From NCBI RefSeq assembly GCF_009914755.1, contig NC_060927.1: DNA of 64,000 nt, one strand, 5' to 3'. The position numbers and the translations under genes are program-made. Source of the DNA: the human T2T-CHM13v2.0 reference genome, Homo sapiens. The notes under the pieces are model-generated. The model was given only the letters and a program-made list of their open reading frames with translations, ran no database searches and was not told the origin of the DNA. Below are positions 1 through 25,179 of the stretch, piece after piece. Numbering within the stretch: position 1 is the stretch's first letter; each line of letters begins with the position of its first letter.

Positions 1-1468
1 CCAGGAGATCTAGCTACAATCATTGATGAAGGTGACTACATTAAATAATAGGTTTTCAATGTAGACAAAACAGTCTTCTATTGGAAGAAGATGACATCTA
101 GGACTTCCATTACTAGAGGAGAAGTCAATGTCTGGCTTCAAAGCTTCAAAGCACAGGATGACTCTGTTGTTGGGGGCTAATGCAGCTGGTGACTTTAAGT
201 TGAAGCCAGTGGTCATTGACTATTCCAGAAATCCTAGGGTTCTTAAGAGTGATGCTATTAATAAATCCTACTCTGCCTGTGTTGTATAAAAGGACCAACA
301 AAGCCTGGATGAAGGCACATCTGCTTATAGCACAGTATACTGAATATCTTGAGCCTACTACTGAGATCTACTGCTCAGAAAAAAAGAGACTCCTTTCAAA
401 AGATTACTGGTCATTGGCAATGCACCTGGTCACCCATGAGCTCCAATGAAGATGTACAAGGAGATGAATATTGTTTTCATGCCAGCTAACACGACATCTA
501 TTCTGCAGCTCATGGATCAAGGAGTAATTTAAGCTTTCAAGTCTTCTTAAGAAATACATTTTGTAAGGCTATGGCTGCCATAGATAGTGATTCCTCTGAT
601 AAATCTGGGCAAAGTAAATTGAAAACTTTCTGGAAAGAATTCACCATTCCAGATGCCACTAAAAACATGCAGCATTCATGGGAGGAGGTCAAAATATCAA
701 CATGACCAGAAGTTTGGGAGAAATCAGTTCCAACCATCATGGATGACTTTCAGTGGCAGACAGAACTACAGATGTGGTGGAAATAGCAAGAGAACTAGAG
801 TTAGAAATAAAGCTCGAAGATGTGGCTGAATTGCTGTAATCTCATGATCAAACCTGAATAGATGAGGAACTGCTTCTTATGGTAAGCAAAGAAAGTGGTT
901 TCTTGAAATGAATCAACTCCTGGTGAAGATGATGTAAACACTAGTTGTAATGACAACAAAGTATTTGAAATATTACATACACTGAGTTGATAAAGCAGCA
1001 GCATGGTTGGGCAAGATTAACTCCAATTTTGAAAGAAGTTCTACTGTGGGTAAAATGCCATCAAACAGCATTGCATGCCACAGAGGAGTCTTTCACGAAA
1101 GGAAGAGTCCAGTGATGTGGCAAACTTCATTGTTGTCTTATTTTAAGAAACTGCCAGAGCCACCCCAACCTTCAGCAACAACCAGTCTGATCATTCAGCA
1201 GCCATCAACATCCAGACAAGACCCTCCACCAGCAAAAAGATTATGACTTATTGAAGGCTCAGTGATTGTTAGCAGTTTTTTAGCAATAAAGTATTTTCAA
1301 ATTAAGGCATGTATATTGTTCTTTTTAGGCATAATGCTATTGTACACCTAACAGACTAAAGAATAGTAACATAACTTTTACATGCACTGGGAAGCTGAAA
1401 ATTCTTGTGATTTTTGCTTTACTGTGGTGGTCTGAAACTCAACCTACAATATCTCTGAGGTACGCTTG
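1..1468 (+). mobile_element. Tigger1-like (TcMar-pogo) DNA transposon fossil, 3' part
   Basis: Degenerate pogo transposase codons at the start of the window (...IIDEG...FNVD...FYWKKM). Right terminal inverted repeat (TIR) aatatctctgaggtacgcttg followed by TA at 1469-1470. Confidence 0.85.
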
Positions 1469-1949
1469 TATGTATATATATAATGTGTATATATGTATGT
1501 GTATGCATATAAATAATGGTTTTTTTTTTCTATTTGCTTACCCAGATTCTATTAGCCTGGTGAGAACTGAGTACACCTTCTGCAGCAGTGGCAACCCAAC
1601 CAGATTTCTAGCAAGTGGTACTCTGACTCCATAAAATACGTGTGAATAGGCCCATACAAATAAGCAACTGCCAGTAAGAATACAGGGCGAACACACTAAT
1701 TCAATTTTAGAAAACTGTCTCTATTTAAAGGTGTAAAATGATATCAGATACTTTATATTCTGGATATCTTTTAAGGGATCTTTAAAACAAACTCACAAAA
1801 AAGGTTTCGTTTATTATAAATGGGAACAGGGCCAGGTACTAGAGACTCTTAAGGTAGAGAAGTATACAGGTGCTCATGGGCTCCAGCTAGTGGAATACAC
1901 AGTGACGTAGCTAGTGTAGAGAGATGAGGGAAGTTCATTTTTAAGTGGT

Positions 1950-2139
1950 GAGATTCACTGAATTCAACACCTATTTTTTATGTGTCTCTTATGTGCCTAT
2001 TTTTTATGTGTCTCCTATGTGCTTGGCAAGTATATCCCTTGAAACTAGGGAGACACTGAACAAGTGAGATAAGGTTTTCACATGCATGCAGTTTACATTC
2101 CAGCATTCGAGAAGGAGCAGTGTGTGTGTGTCTGTGTGT

Positions 2140-2178
<39 letters not shown>

Positions 2179-3030
2179 AAACAGACAAACAAGGAAACAT
2201 CAGTTAGTGGAATAATGTGATGAAAACAAAAAAGATAATGTGCTAAAGGTGACTGAGGGCTATTTTAGGGTGGACACTAAGAAAGGGCCTCCTGAGGAGA
2301 GGATGTTTATTTACGTGGAGACTCTACTGACAGGGAGAGGCAGCTGGGAAGCAACCTTGGTTAAGAGAACTCCATCCAGGCAGCACTCCTAAGTGGGGAC
2401 CAAGCCTGGAGTATCAGAGGGAAAGAGAAGGAACCAGTAGAGATCGAGCAAGGTGCTCAGTGGTGTGAAACACCATCTGAGAGGTGGGCTTCCAGGGCCC
2501 CAAAAGCCAGGGTAAGCGTAATTTGGTCCTAAGGGCAATGGGAAACCACTGGGAAGTTTTACAAGGGGCAATGCCTGCATCTGATTGAGGCCTGTATACC
2601 ACTTGGTTGCTAAGCAGAGAAAAGACTACAGAGGCCAGAGAAGCAGAGAAGGCAGGTTTGGAGGTTTACAGTATTTGCCCAGGTGAGAGGTGATGGCAAC
2701 CTGCACTCAGACTATAGCAGTGAAAACAGAGAAAAGAGGCTGGATTTGGCATATACTATCTTTGAAGGGAACACTTGCTGAGTCTGGACATTCAGGTGTA
2801 TCAGAGAGACAGAACAGGGATCACCCTTGGTTTCTGGCTTAAGCAAAGGTGGAGAGGGGTATTGATGGCATTTTCTGAGATGGAGAAGAGTGAAGAAAGA
2901 ATAGATTTGCAGAAGAAAATCAAGTTACCTTTTCAATGGCTGGATTTTAGGCATGATGGCAGCTACATAGATCAGTTTGGAATTCAGGGAGGGTCAGGAC
3001 TGGAGATATAAATTTGAGAGTTGTTGGAAT
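1950..3030 (-). mobile_element. Degenerate L2 LINE fragments
   Basis: attcactgaattcaacacctattt resembles a reversed L2 3' tail, followed by purine-rich L2-like body. Boundaries approximate. Confidence 0.5.
2120..2175. repeat. (TG)n microsatellite with TC interruptions
   Basis: Direct reading. Confidence 0.97.
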
Positions 3031-3425
3031 ATAGGAATATTAGAAACTATTATTAATTATTATGTCTTAAAGACTAGGGCTATTCCAAATGTTACCAGTG
3101 CCTATGGATCTTTGCATCAGCAGGGAGTGGTACATGCATGAAAATCAGATTTAAACTCTGTCCAAACCAGGGCCTCTCATCAAAACACAATTTTATCTGG
3201 TTATGAATGAAACAATATCACTGTCCTCCTATTTCCAGGAAAGGAAAGGGCAATTCTTGCAGAGACACAAGAAAAAAAATCTGAAGTTTAACTGGTTAAC
3301 ATTTAGGATGAAGATTTTCATTTTCCATGGTGTCCAGGTGTATACCTACTCACTTGCTCATGCCCTCCCTCAACTCAAATACTGAAAAAACTCCTGCCCT
3401 TGACAGGCGTGTGTTGAATAACACT

Positions 3426-3495
3426 GGGGTGGGGTGGGGTGGGGGTGGGGAGTAAGTGAGAGAGAGAGAGAGAGAGAGAGAAAGTGAGAGAGAGT
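3426..3495. repeat. (GGGGT)n G-run tract followed by (GA)n microsatellite
   Basis: ggggtggggtggggtgggggtgggg at 3426-3450, then gagaga... at 3457-3495. Confidence 0.9.
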
Positions 3496-5331
3496 AAGTT
3501 CCTGCCTTAGAGGAACTTGGTGAACAGCCAGACAGGTCATCAGTAAATGAGCTTTCAGCCAGACCCGTGGGTTCTAAATGTGGAGCATCAGGGCCCTCAA
3601 AAGAGCAGGTGTGAAATCTGTGGGAATGAGATTATGAAAGAAGAGGTAATGAATCTTTTCCTAGTTGAAGCCAACAAGAGAAATGATAAAAACAACAACT
3701 GATGCCTTTGGTTTCATAATCAAATCATTACGATTTAGTGCAAAAATCTGGATAACAGGAAACAGTAATAACACTATGTTTTGAGAAACAAAATGTTTGC
3801 TTAGTTAATAAGGAAATCCTCTGTCATGTCTTGGTTTGAAGGAGGACTATTTGTTAAAAATTCAACTTACTTGTTTTAAAATGAGCGAAACTTAATCATT
3901 TGAAGAGGAACATTAAAGTTCTGTACTTAATTTTATTAATTTATACATTTTCTCTCTTTTGTGATGGGAAACTAAAAAGCTTAATCAATAGAAGAGATGC
4001 CCATCAGGTTGCATCGTGACAACTGGAGAGGAAAAAAAAAAACAAAACGATACCACCGTGGTCAGTCTGGAGGAGCCACACGGGTTACAACGACAGGCCA
4101 GATTGCCTTGGCCAGGCCAGCTGAGCCAGCGGGAACTGAGGTCAGTGGTTATTAATCATTTGTCAAAGACTGCAGGGCTTTATCAGATAATTATGGTTAT
4201 AAGTGTGTTTATCACACAAACATGTGGCAAGGCTGCAAAGGATTCAGGCCCTAACACAATCTGCAATGACATTTTTAAAAACTACAGATAAGTGACAAAT
4301 CATTGAGCAAACACTTTAGAAAATCATGCCATTCTTGCTGTTTGGGTATTCTGAATTATTTTGTATATTATATATTTCCATGAACATTTAGAACCTTGCA
4401 AAGCCTTTGACTACATTCCTTCCTCCCTCCCCCTAATTTTCCAATGAGTTGTAAAAATAGCAAGTATAATCATCATTTGAAACGAAAGACTGGTTATTGA
4501 CTCCATCCCTATGAACAGACAACCAGAAGGTAATCACAGCTTATTTCATAAAACTCATTCCTGAGCAGGAATATCTTACGTTTTTCTGAAGAATCTACAC
4601 AAGCATCTAAATAAATGTGCCTAAGGGACAGCTCTAAACCCCACAAACCAATAGATGGCATTTTAAAATAAATGACTTGAAGCTGCAAATGGCATCCATT
4701 TTGCTCTGCTTGGCAGCATGCAAGTGTACATGTTAGGAAACGTTTCTCAACATGAATGAACTGTGAAATTGTTTCCTCCTACCCCACACTTCTCTACATT
4801 ATGTGAGATTATGTTAGCCATTTCTGCACCTTGTCATAGAGGCTGTCAGTGCCCTAAGAGGCAATGTTTGGTGGACGCTGGAGGCAAGGGCCCCAGCATC
4901 TGTGATGCTGTTTAAATATCAGTTAGTGTGTTAGGAAAAAATAATGGAAAATACCACCCCATGCCTAACAGCGTAAGGGGAAATGGCTTTGTTGCAAATC
5001 TAGACACGCAAGGGAATATGATTAAGTGAACCATATATATTTCAATTCCTAGATTGTAAACTTCTGAGAAAAATGATTACTGTTGCATCCCACCTTGATC
5101 CAATGTCAAACACTGCCCTGTGAGTGAAAGTGAATGACTTTACTGTGAGAAAAACAATATATGAATATATGCAGCACTTTAGCTATTTTCATCCTAGAGC
5201 TAACTCTTTAAAACCCAAATTTGCCTGCTTATGGATTGCATATTGTCTTTAATTTTAATCCTGCACACAAAAAATTAAGAAGATAGTTATGTTGCAGAAA
5301 TAAAAGTCTTTCCAGAATAAAATGTGCATGA

Positions 5332-5397
5332 GTGATCACTCCACTGCACTCCAGTCCAGGTGACAGAGTGAGACTGTCTCCAAAAAAAAAAAGAAAA
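5332..5397 (+). mobile_element. Severely 5'-truncated Alu (3' end plus A-tail) with 13-bp TSD
   Basis: ccactgcactccag...gacagagtgagactgtctc plus poly(A). aaaatgtgcatga at 5319-5331 and 5398-5410. Confidence 0.85.
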
Positions 5398-6771
5398 AAA
5401 ATGTGCATGAAAGACTGGGGATATTGGTTATTCTGTTACATTAATAAAGCTATTTGAAAGGTGACTCTCTAAACATGTATACATGTGGGCACTAGTTTAT
5501 GTAATTTAAAAACCTTAGGATCTTCGGTCTCTGGAATAGTTGCAGATGTCTCACTGAGGCTCATGTGGCCACCACACTTTCCAGAGGTCACCATCACGCT
5601 TTCCTCTCTGTGGAAGTGCTTGTCCACACCACCCCGTCTCTGCCATATTGGCATTACTCTAATCACAGCCACACTTCATTCAGGAAACCAAGAGCCTACC
5701 TGCTTTTTATGTATTGTTCAGAGCCTCCATACCAGAATTTTCAATCACGGGTTCAAGTTAGATGTTCATTTATCCAACAGGGTGGACTTCAGAGAATTAC
5801 CTTCTCATTTCTTATATTTTTTCATATTAATTATCAATATCCCTTAAATTTAAAGTTCTATATTTTAGGGTCTAAAGCATTGGGATACTAATTGTAAGAA
5901 ATACAATAAATACAGATCTTAAGAAGAATCAGAACTTTCAATTTTAAGTTAAATTATATGCGTTACATGATTCAATTTATTCCATTTTTATATGATGATA
6001 TATACTGACCTCATAATTTTATCATCTTCTGTATTTATGGCCCAATAATGCCTTCCTGCCAATTCTCCTAAGCTGTTGAATTTATGAGCCAAGAGCCAAG
6101 TCACATCATCTGCAGGTTTTCTGAACAGTTATATGATAATTTTTTAGGAAACTGGTAGATAACTTGCTGGTAAATGGGGTTGGTGGTATTTAATTTTTGG
6201 CTTTAGAATTTGTTCTTTTTATTTCATTATGCAGAAGTGTAAATTAATTTTTCTTAAATAAATAAACATTTAATTGGTTGCATAAGATAATGCTGTCTAA
6301 CTGGTGAATTATTTCATATTCTATCTTGACAGTATATCTTTGGAAATCAATTTGTAAAAGAGATATTTAAAGTTGCATATTACCACATCTAGATATTCAT
6401 TCATTCAATTATCTAGCCAATATTTATGAAGTATGCTTTCTATATAGGACAATGAAATAAAAGTAGTGTGATCCTTCAATGGCGAGACTGGTTTATGAAG
6501 TAAAGGCTATAATGAGTCTTGTAAAAGTCACAGAATCATAAAGTTGGAATTGGCCTCAGAGAGCATGCAACTCAACTCCTTTCTTTTACACATGAGGGTA
6601 TTCATATTATTAAAAAGGTCTGGAGAGGTCAGAGGCTTGTCTGAGATTATATACTATGTTATAGAATTAGGATGAGAATTAGGTCCCCTTTCTCCTTTTA
6701 TTGAAACAAATGGCTCCACTGTCTAACATATCTTACTATCACTCTCATTTGTTCAGACTACAAATTAGTTC

Positions 6772-7068
6772 TTTTTTTTTTTTTTTTGAGACAGAGTCTC
6801 ACTCTGTCGCCCAGGCTGGAGTGCAGTTGTGTGATCTCGGCCCACTGTAACCTCTGCTTCCTGGGTTCAAGAGATTCTTGTGCCTCAGCCTCCTGAGTAG
6901 CTGGGATTATAGGCATATGCCACCACACCCTGCTAATTTTTGTATTTTTATTAGAGATGTGGTTTCACCATGTTGGCTAGTCTTGTCTCAAACTCCTGAT
7001 TTCAGGTGATCCATCTGCCTTAGTCTCCCAAAGTGCTGGGATTATAGGCATGAGCCACCATGCCTGGC
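6772..7068 (-). mobile_element. AluS element
   Basis: Poly(T) followed by a full reverse-complement Alu dimer ending tgcctggcc. Confidence 0.95.
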
Positions 7069-7409
7069 CCAAATTCTTAACTTGTTATAATTTGGACCAC
7101 AGTTGGATTTCCAGTTACCTTGAAAGCTTACTCACATATAGAAAAAATAATTTGTTAGGCAAATCTAGATGAGCTGCAAGATTCTTACTGACGTGTTCAC
7201 CTATTGAGAGATAGCTAATTCTAAGAATGTTAAAATACCTTCTTATATATATTGAAATTCTAACCTCAGTTTTAAACTCTTTAGTGTATCTATTTGTGAT
7301 AGTGACAATTCACCCTACTAGGTAACATGAACAAATAACCAGAGCAGGTGTACAGAATAGAAACATTTAGAAGAGATTACTAGTAAAGAACATTTACTCA
7401 TCTGTGTCA

Positions 7410-7940
7410 TGAATATTCTGGGTCCCAATAAAAGTCCTGTAAACCACTTACGTGGTTTCCTGGAAGCCATGTTCATTTTTCATGGCTTGGTTCATTGTTT
7501 ATTGCTGACTGGACCAGAATGGGCACTTGGCTCAAGCTACACTAATCACATTCTCTTTCTTGAAAAAGGAAGTTCAGACGTAGTCTGTTAGCCTCTACAT
7601 GTATATTGAACTGTGATATGTAAACTCAAGAGCTGTCAAATGGCCATATGTGGACTATGGAGCAGAGAAAGCTGGTCCTTAGAGAGAAGAATGGAGCAGA
7701 TGGGAGGAAGCAAGCAGAGATGGAGTGAAGAGACTGCCTGGCTGCCTCTTGCCTTTCTAGTTCCTAGTTTCAGGCCCCTCCTGAGGCCTGGCGGCCTTTG
7801 GGTTCTAGAATACAGCCCCGTATCTTACTTAACAACCACCTGCCAAACCGCCTTTCTTACTCTTTCTCCCTATCTCTTTCTGTCTTTTAATACTAGCTAA
7901 GCTGTTTTGTAGTGTGTAACCAAAGAGTCTTAATTCAGAC
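7410..7940 (+). mobile_element. Old MaLR (MLT1-type) LTR remnant
   Basis: 3' end gtgtaaccaaagagtcttaattcagaca resembles MLT1 termini. Boundaries uncertain. Confidence 0.4.
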
Positions 7941-8459
7941 ACCATGCAATAGTTAACACACCCTCCATAGGACAGCCCACAGTACAGGTCAGATGCGTTT
8001 GGATAATGAGGTGCATCACAGTAACTAAGACTTTGTAGGTAGGCTCACGATATATGGACTTTTCAATAATTTCCTAATATATGATAAATACTGATAAGGT
8101 AATACTAATTTATATGGATAAACTAGCTTATATACTTATTTATCAGAAAGTTGTAGAATAATACAGCATGTATTTCAAAACTCAAATTCAGATCCACTTG
8201 TTCCTAATGAACCAAAAATAATGAGGTTTTTCCTTAGTGACAAATGACTCATACACCAATGACATTTTTGAAATAAAATAATTTTGAGATTATAAACTTT
8301 TAAAGTTATGAAAAAAGAGACTGGTCATTTGAACTTTTATAAGCTATCTTGATAAATTTAAGGGCACCAGATGATATAAAAAAGATTTATGCCTAAAATT
8401 TACCAAACATCAGACACCTATTAAAATAAAATAGTTATGCAAATAAAGTAATGAATAAA

Positions 8460-8650
8460 TTAACACTTAGTGAGAACTTGCCATGTGCCAAGAACTGTTC
8501 TAAGAATTTTTCATTTGAATCTTTCCAAAATACTATGAAGTAATTCTTATGCCTGAATTACATGGAGTCAAATGACTTACCCAAAATTCCACAGCTAGTA
8601 AAAGGTAGATATTTAAACCTAGGTAGACTGTTACCACTATTCTAAAGTCC
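8460..8650 (-). mobile_element. MIR fragment
   Basis: acttagtgagaacttgccatgtgcc...aaatgacttacccaaaattccacagctagtaa, the reversed MIR core. Confidence 0.55.
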
Positions 8651-8801
8651 AAAGAAGACAAGTAGATGAACTAGGACTTTGAAAGAACATAAGTTTGGAA
8701 GCTAGAAGTTTTGGAAAACAATTTCAGAAAACCAAGAAAAATGTACAATCTTCCAACTAAGTTTTTTTTTTTCTTAAATGTAGATTATTAATGATTCTTA
8801 C

Positions 8802-8863
8802 CGGGGATTAGAAGGAGAAGGTGGGTTCATTTCTTTCTGATAGTGGCGACCCTGGTTGACAGG
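8802..8863 (-). CDS. CFAP20DC: Internal coding exon of CFAP20DC, 62 nt, phase 0/2 ([21 protein letters not shown])
   Basis: Acceptor tgttttgtcttttccag|CCT and donor CCCCG|gtaaga. Continues ...SCLPP from the previous exon in frame (end of track ORF 8798..8998). Confidence 0.9.
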
Positions 8864-8984
8864 CTGGAAAAGACAAAACATTTGTGAATGTTTAATCAGC
8901 ACAAAGCTGTTTACATAGACATTCACATGCACTCTCATTACTGTAACTGTTTCCTCAGACACAACCCACAAGAAGGGTATGGGT

Positions 8985-15138
<6,154 letters not shown>

Positions 15139-16566
15139 AAGAAGGGTATGGGTTTATTTTACAGATCCAGCAAATAGCAGAGTGGTATAAATGAGAAATC
15201 ACATTTATCATTATTATTATTTTAGTGGCCCAGTCATTGGACCTCATAGCATCTATGATGTAATTAAAGTTCATGTATTGAAATTTTCCTCTTTGTGGAA
15301 TTTTTATGCTGTTAACATTGGTTGATATTTTCAGACAGGAAAACAAAACCAAACAAGATATCTCATGGAACTAATGCTGCAGTTCAACCATCATTAATAA
15401 CAGAAACCCAGACACACAGAAAATACATTTAGTCTCAGTGTTAGTAAGTGTGTAAATATAATTTCTATTACCACGAATGAGAATTACACATGTAAATCTT
15501 AGGTCAAGGCAGTCATTTTCCCCAAGTGTATAACACAACCTCAAGTACTGATCAATAAGCTGAAAAAAATGATGCCAATACCTAACAAAAATGTGAAATC
15601 TCAAATTTTCCCTCCACAGGAAACCTTTCAGTTACATTTCAAAACATAGCTGAACAACTATATCTCATGTAGCCCTAAACACTTGCTTCCAATGGAACTT
15701 GATCTTTTTCCTTTGTTCTATAACGGGAAAAAATTCCATCCTCTTTTTGAACATCAGCTCTAAGTATTTATGTGGTTAGCAACAATGCGATTCTAATAAG
15801 AAATCATTTTCAACATTCTCATTTTATTACAATTTAGAGTTTGCTATACATGTTTAAATTGCATTCAAAGAGCTTTAGCTACTTCCAAACCCAGTGGGGT
15901 TGGTGTTAAGGGTTTCTCACCCATCATAATGTGGCCCCTGACTGAGGAGAACAACGTAGCCATGGTGCCTGTATATACAGAGCTCATACTCCTTAGCTTC
16001 CAGATATTTCTCATTAAAAGAAGTCTCAAAATATTAATGATGTAGGTGATGGGAATTCTTCAGAGTAAACTGTCTTCCTCTATAAATTATCTCTTGGAAG
16101 TGTTCCTTTAATTTAAATCAAACACCCCATCTGATAATCACAGTCACTTAGCCTGACTACCTGTTATGCACCATGAATTTAAATGTACTCAGATACTTTG
16201 GTAATTGAACCAATATCAATGCATCACCATTTCAGTAATAAGAAACAACAGCTGGGAGAACAGTGGAAGGAAAAACATGTCATAAGACATATTTGATCTC
16301 ACTAGAGAAATAAGACTTTCGGCAATTTGCAAGTGAAATTTGGTTCTATGATTTAGGCTTTATTATTTCACAGCAAAAAAGAAATTAGCAAGCAAAGGGC
16401 CTAACAGGTTCTCTGGACAAACTCACACTGGTATAGAAATACTCCCAATAACAAATTCATTGGTATTCGTCCAGTATTTCAGCTGTACTCAGGTCTCCAG
16501 TGAATGGACCTCTGCCTATTTATTTTTAGAGGCATTTCCATGACTCTCTAAGCATCACAGACCTGA

Positions 16567-17106
<540 letters not shown>

Positions 17107-17109
17107 TGA

Positions 17110-18234
<1,125 letters not shown>

Positions 18235-19029
18235 TAGAATGGCAATCATTAAAAAGTCAGGAAACAACAGGTGCTGGAGAGGATGTGGAGAAATAGGAAC
18301 ACTTTTACACTGTTGCTGGGACTGTAAACTAGTTCAACCATTGTGGAAGTCAGTGTGGCGACTCCTCAGGGATCTAGAACTGGAAATATCATTTGACCCA
18401 GCCATCCCATTACTGGGTATATACCCAAAGGACTATAAATCATGCTGCTATAAAGACACATGCACACGTATATTTATTGTGGCATTATTCACAATAGCAA
18501 AGACTGGGAACCAACCCAAATGTCCAACAATGATAGACTGGATTAAGAAAATGTGGCACATATACACCATGGAATACTATGCAGCCATAAAAAATGATGA
18601 GTTCATGTCCTTTGTAGGGACATGGATGAGACTGGAAATCATCATTCTCAGTAAACTATCGCAAGAACAAAAAACCAAACACCGCGGGGAGGAGCCAAGA
18701 TGGCCGAATAGGAACAGCTCTGGTCTACAGCTCCCAGAGTGAGCGACGCAGAAGACGGGTGACTTCTGCATTTCCATCTGAGGTACTGGGTTTATCTCAC
18801 TAGGGAGTGCCAGACAGTGGGCACAGGCCAGTGGGTGCGTGCACCGTGCGCGAGCCGAAGCAGGGCGAGGCATTGCCTCACCTGGGAAGCGCAAGGGGTC
18901 AGGGAGTTCCCTTTCCGAGTCAAAGAAAGGGGTGACGGACGCATCTGGAAAATCGGGTGACTCCCACCCGAATATTGCACTTTTCAGACCGGCTTAAAAA
19001 ACGGTGAACCACGAGATTATATCCCACAC

Positions 19030-19134
19030 CTGGCTCGAGGGTCCTACGCCCACGGAATCTTGCTGATTGCTAGCACAGCAGTCTGAGATCAAACTGCAAG
19101 GTGGAAGCGAGGCTGGGGGAGGGGCGCCCGCCAT
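19030..19134 (-). other. L1-C antisense ORF0 first 35 codons, ending at intact splice donor CAG|GTGTGG
   Basis: MAGAPPPASLPPCSLISDCCASNQQDSVGVGPSSQ within track ORF 18994..19203; a 1-nt deletion relative to recalled ORF0 follows GPS. Confidence 0.75.
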
Positions 19135-19589
19135 TGCCCAGGCTTGCTTAGGTAAACAAAGCAGCCAGGAAGCTCGAACTGGGTGGAGCCCACCACAGCT
19201 CAAGGAGGCCTGCCTGCCTCTGTAGGCTCCACCTCTGGGGGCAGGGCACAGACAAACAAAAAGACAGCAGTAACCTCTGCAGACTTAAGTGTCCCTGTCT
19301 GACAGCTTGGAAGAGAGCAGTGGTTCTCCCAGCACGCAGCTGGAGATCTGAGAACCAGCAGACTGCCTCCTCAAGTGGGTCCCTGGCCCCTGACCCCCGA
19401 GCAGCCTAACTGGGAGGCACCCCCCAGCAGCAGCACACTGACACCTCACACGGCAGGGTATTCCAACAGACCTGCAGCTGAGGGTCTTGTCTGTTAGAAG
19501 GAAAACTAACAAACAGAAAGGACATCCACACCGAAAACCCATCTGTACATCACCATCATCAAAGACCAAAAGTAGATAAAACCACAAAG

Positions 19590-20606
19590 ATGGGGAAAAA
19601 ACAGAACAGAAAAACTGGAAACTCTAAAACGCAGAGCGCCTCTCTTCCTCCAAAGGAACGCAGTTCCTCAAGAGCAACGGAACAAAGCTGGATGGAGAAT
19701 GACTTTGATGAGCTGAGAGAAGAAAGCTTCAGACGATCAAATTACTCTGAGCTATGGGAGGACATTCAAACCAAAGGCAAAGAAGTTGAAAACTTCGAAA
19801 AAAATTTAGAAGAATGTATAACTAGAATAACCAATACAGAGAAGTGCTTAAAGGAGCTGATGGAGCTGAAAACCAAGGCTCGAGAACTACGTGAAGAATG
19901 CAGAAGCCTCAGGAGCCGATGCGATCAACTGGAAGAAAGGGTATCAGCAATGGAAGATGAAATGAATGAAATGAAGCGAGAAGGGAAGTTTAGAGAAAAA
20001 AGAATAAAAAGAAATGAGCAAAGCCTCCAAGAAATATGGGACTATGTGAAAAGACCAAATCTACGTCTGATTGGTGTACCTGAAAGTGATGGGGAGAATG
20101 GAACCAAGTTGGAAAACACTCTGCAGGATATTATCCAGGAGAACTTCCCCAATCTAGAAAGGCAGGCCAACGTTCAGATTCAGGAAATACAGAGAATGCC
20201 ACAAAGATACTCCTCAAGAAGAGCAACTTCAAGACACATAATTGTCAGATTCACCAAAGTTGAAATGAAGGAAAAAATGTTAAGGGCAGCCAGAGAGAAA
20301 GGTCGGGTTACCCTCAAAGGGAAGCCCATCAGACTAACAGCGGATCTCTCGGCAGAAACTCTACAAGCCAGAAGAGAGTGGGAGCCAATATTCAACATTC
20401 TTAAAGAAAAGAATTTTCAACCCAGAATTTCATATCCAGCCAAACTAAGCTTCATAAGTGAAGGAGAAATAAAATACTTCACAGACAAGCAAATGCTGAG
20501 AGATTTTGTCACCACCAGGCCTGCCCTAAAAGAGCTCCTGAAGGAAGCGCTAAACATGGAAAGGAACAACCGGTACCAGCCGCTGCAAAATCATGCCAAA
20601 ATGTAA
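19590..20606 (+). CDS. L1 ORF1p (338 aa), intact reading frame
   Basis: MGKKQNRK...QNHAKM with REKG, ARR and YPAKLS motifs; no stops. Confidence 0.92.
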   Translation: MGKKQNRKTGNSKTQSASLPPKERSSSRATEQSWMENDFDELREESFRRSNYSELWEDIQTKGKEVENFEKNLEECITRITNTEKCLKELMELKTKARELREECRSLRSRCDQLEERVSAMEDEMNEMKREGKFREKRIKRNEQSLQEIWDYVKRPNLRLIGVPESDGENGTKLENTLQDIIQENFPNLERQANVQIQEIQRMPQRYSSRRATSRHIIVRFTKVEMKEKMLRAAREKGRVTLKGKPIRLTADLSAETLQARREWEPIFNILKEKNFQPRISYPAKLSFISEGEIKYFTDKQMLRDFVTTRPALKELLKEALNMERNNRYQPLQNHAKM

Positions 20607-20645
20607 AGACCATCGAGACTAGAAAGAAACTGCATCGACTAATGA

Positions 20646-24497
<3,852 letters not shown>

Positions 24498-24719
24498 ACA
24501 ATGAGATCACATGGACACAGGAAGGGGAATATCATACTCTGGGGACTGTTGTGGGGTGGGGGGAGGGGGGAAGGATAGCATTGGGAGATATACCTAATGC
24601 TAGATGAGGAGTTAGTGGGTGCAGCACATCAGCATGGCACATGTATACATATGTAACTAACCTGCACAATGTGCACATGTACCGTAAAACTTAAAGTATA
24701 ATAAAAAAAAATCATGAAA

Positions 24720-24749
24720 AAACAAACAAACAAACAAACAAACAAACAA
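24720..24749. repeat. (AAAC)n microsatellite in the L1-C tail
   Basis: Direct reading. Confidence 0.9.
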
Positions 24750-25179
24750 AAAAAACCAAACACCGCATATTCTCACTCATAGGTGGGAACTGAACAATGA
24801 GATCACATGGACACAGGAAGGGGAATATCACACTCTGGGGACTGTTGTGGGGTGGTGGGAGGGGGAAGGGATAGCATCAGGAGATATACCTAATGCTAGA
24901 TGACGTGTTAGTGGGTGTAGTGCACCAGCATGGCACATGTATACATATGTAACTAACCTGCACAATGTGCACATGTACCCTAAAACTTAAAGTATAATAA
25001 AAAAAAAAAAGACTATACAGACTGATCCCTTTCCATCTTTGCTCATAGTGATTTTTAAGTGTTAGAAAACAAAAAAGTAACCAATGGAAACTTTTCAAAT
25101 AAAAACTGCTGACACGAACACATAGAAAGGTGAACAACTAGCTGTCTGAGGCTAGACATCCTCACCTACAAATGGATAT

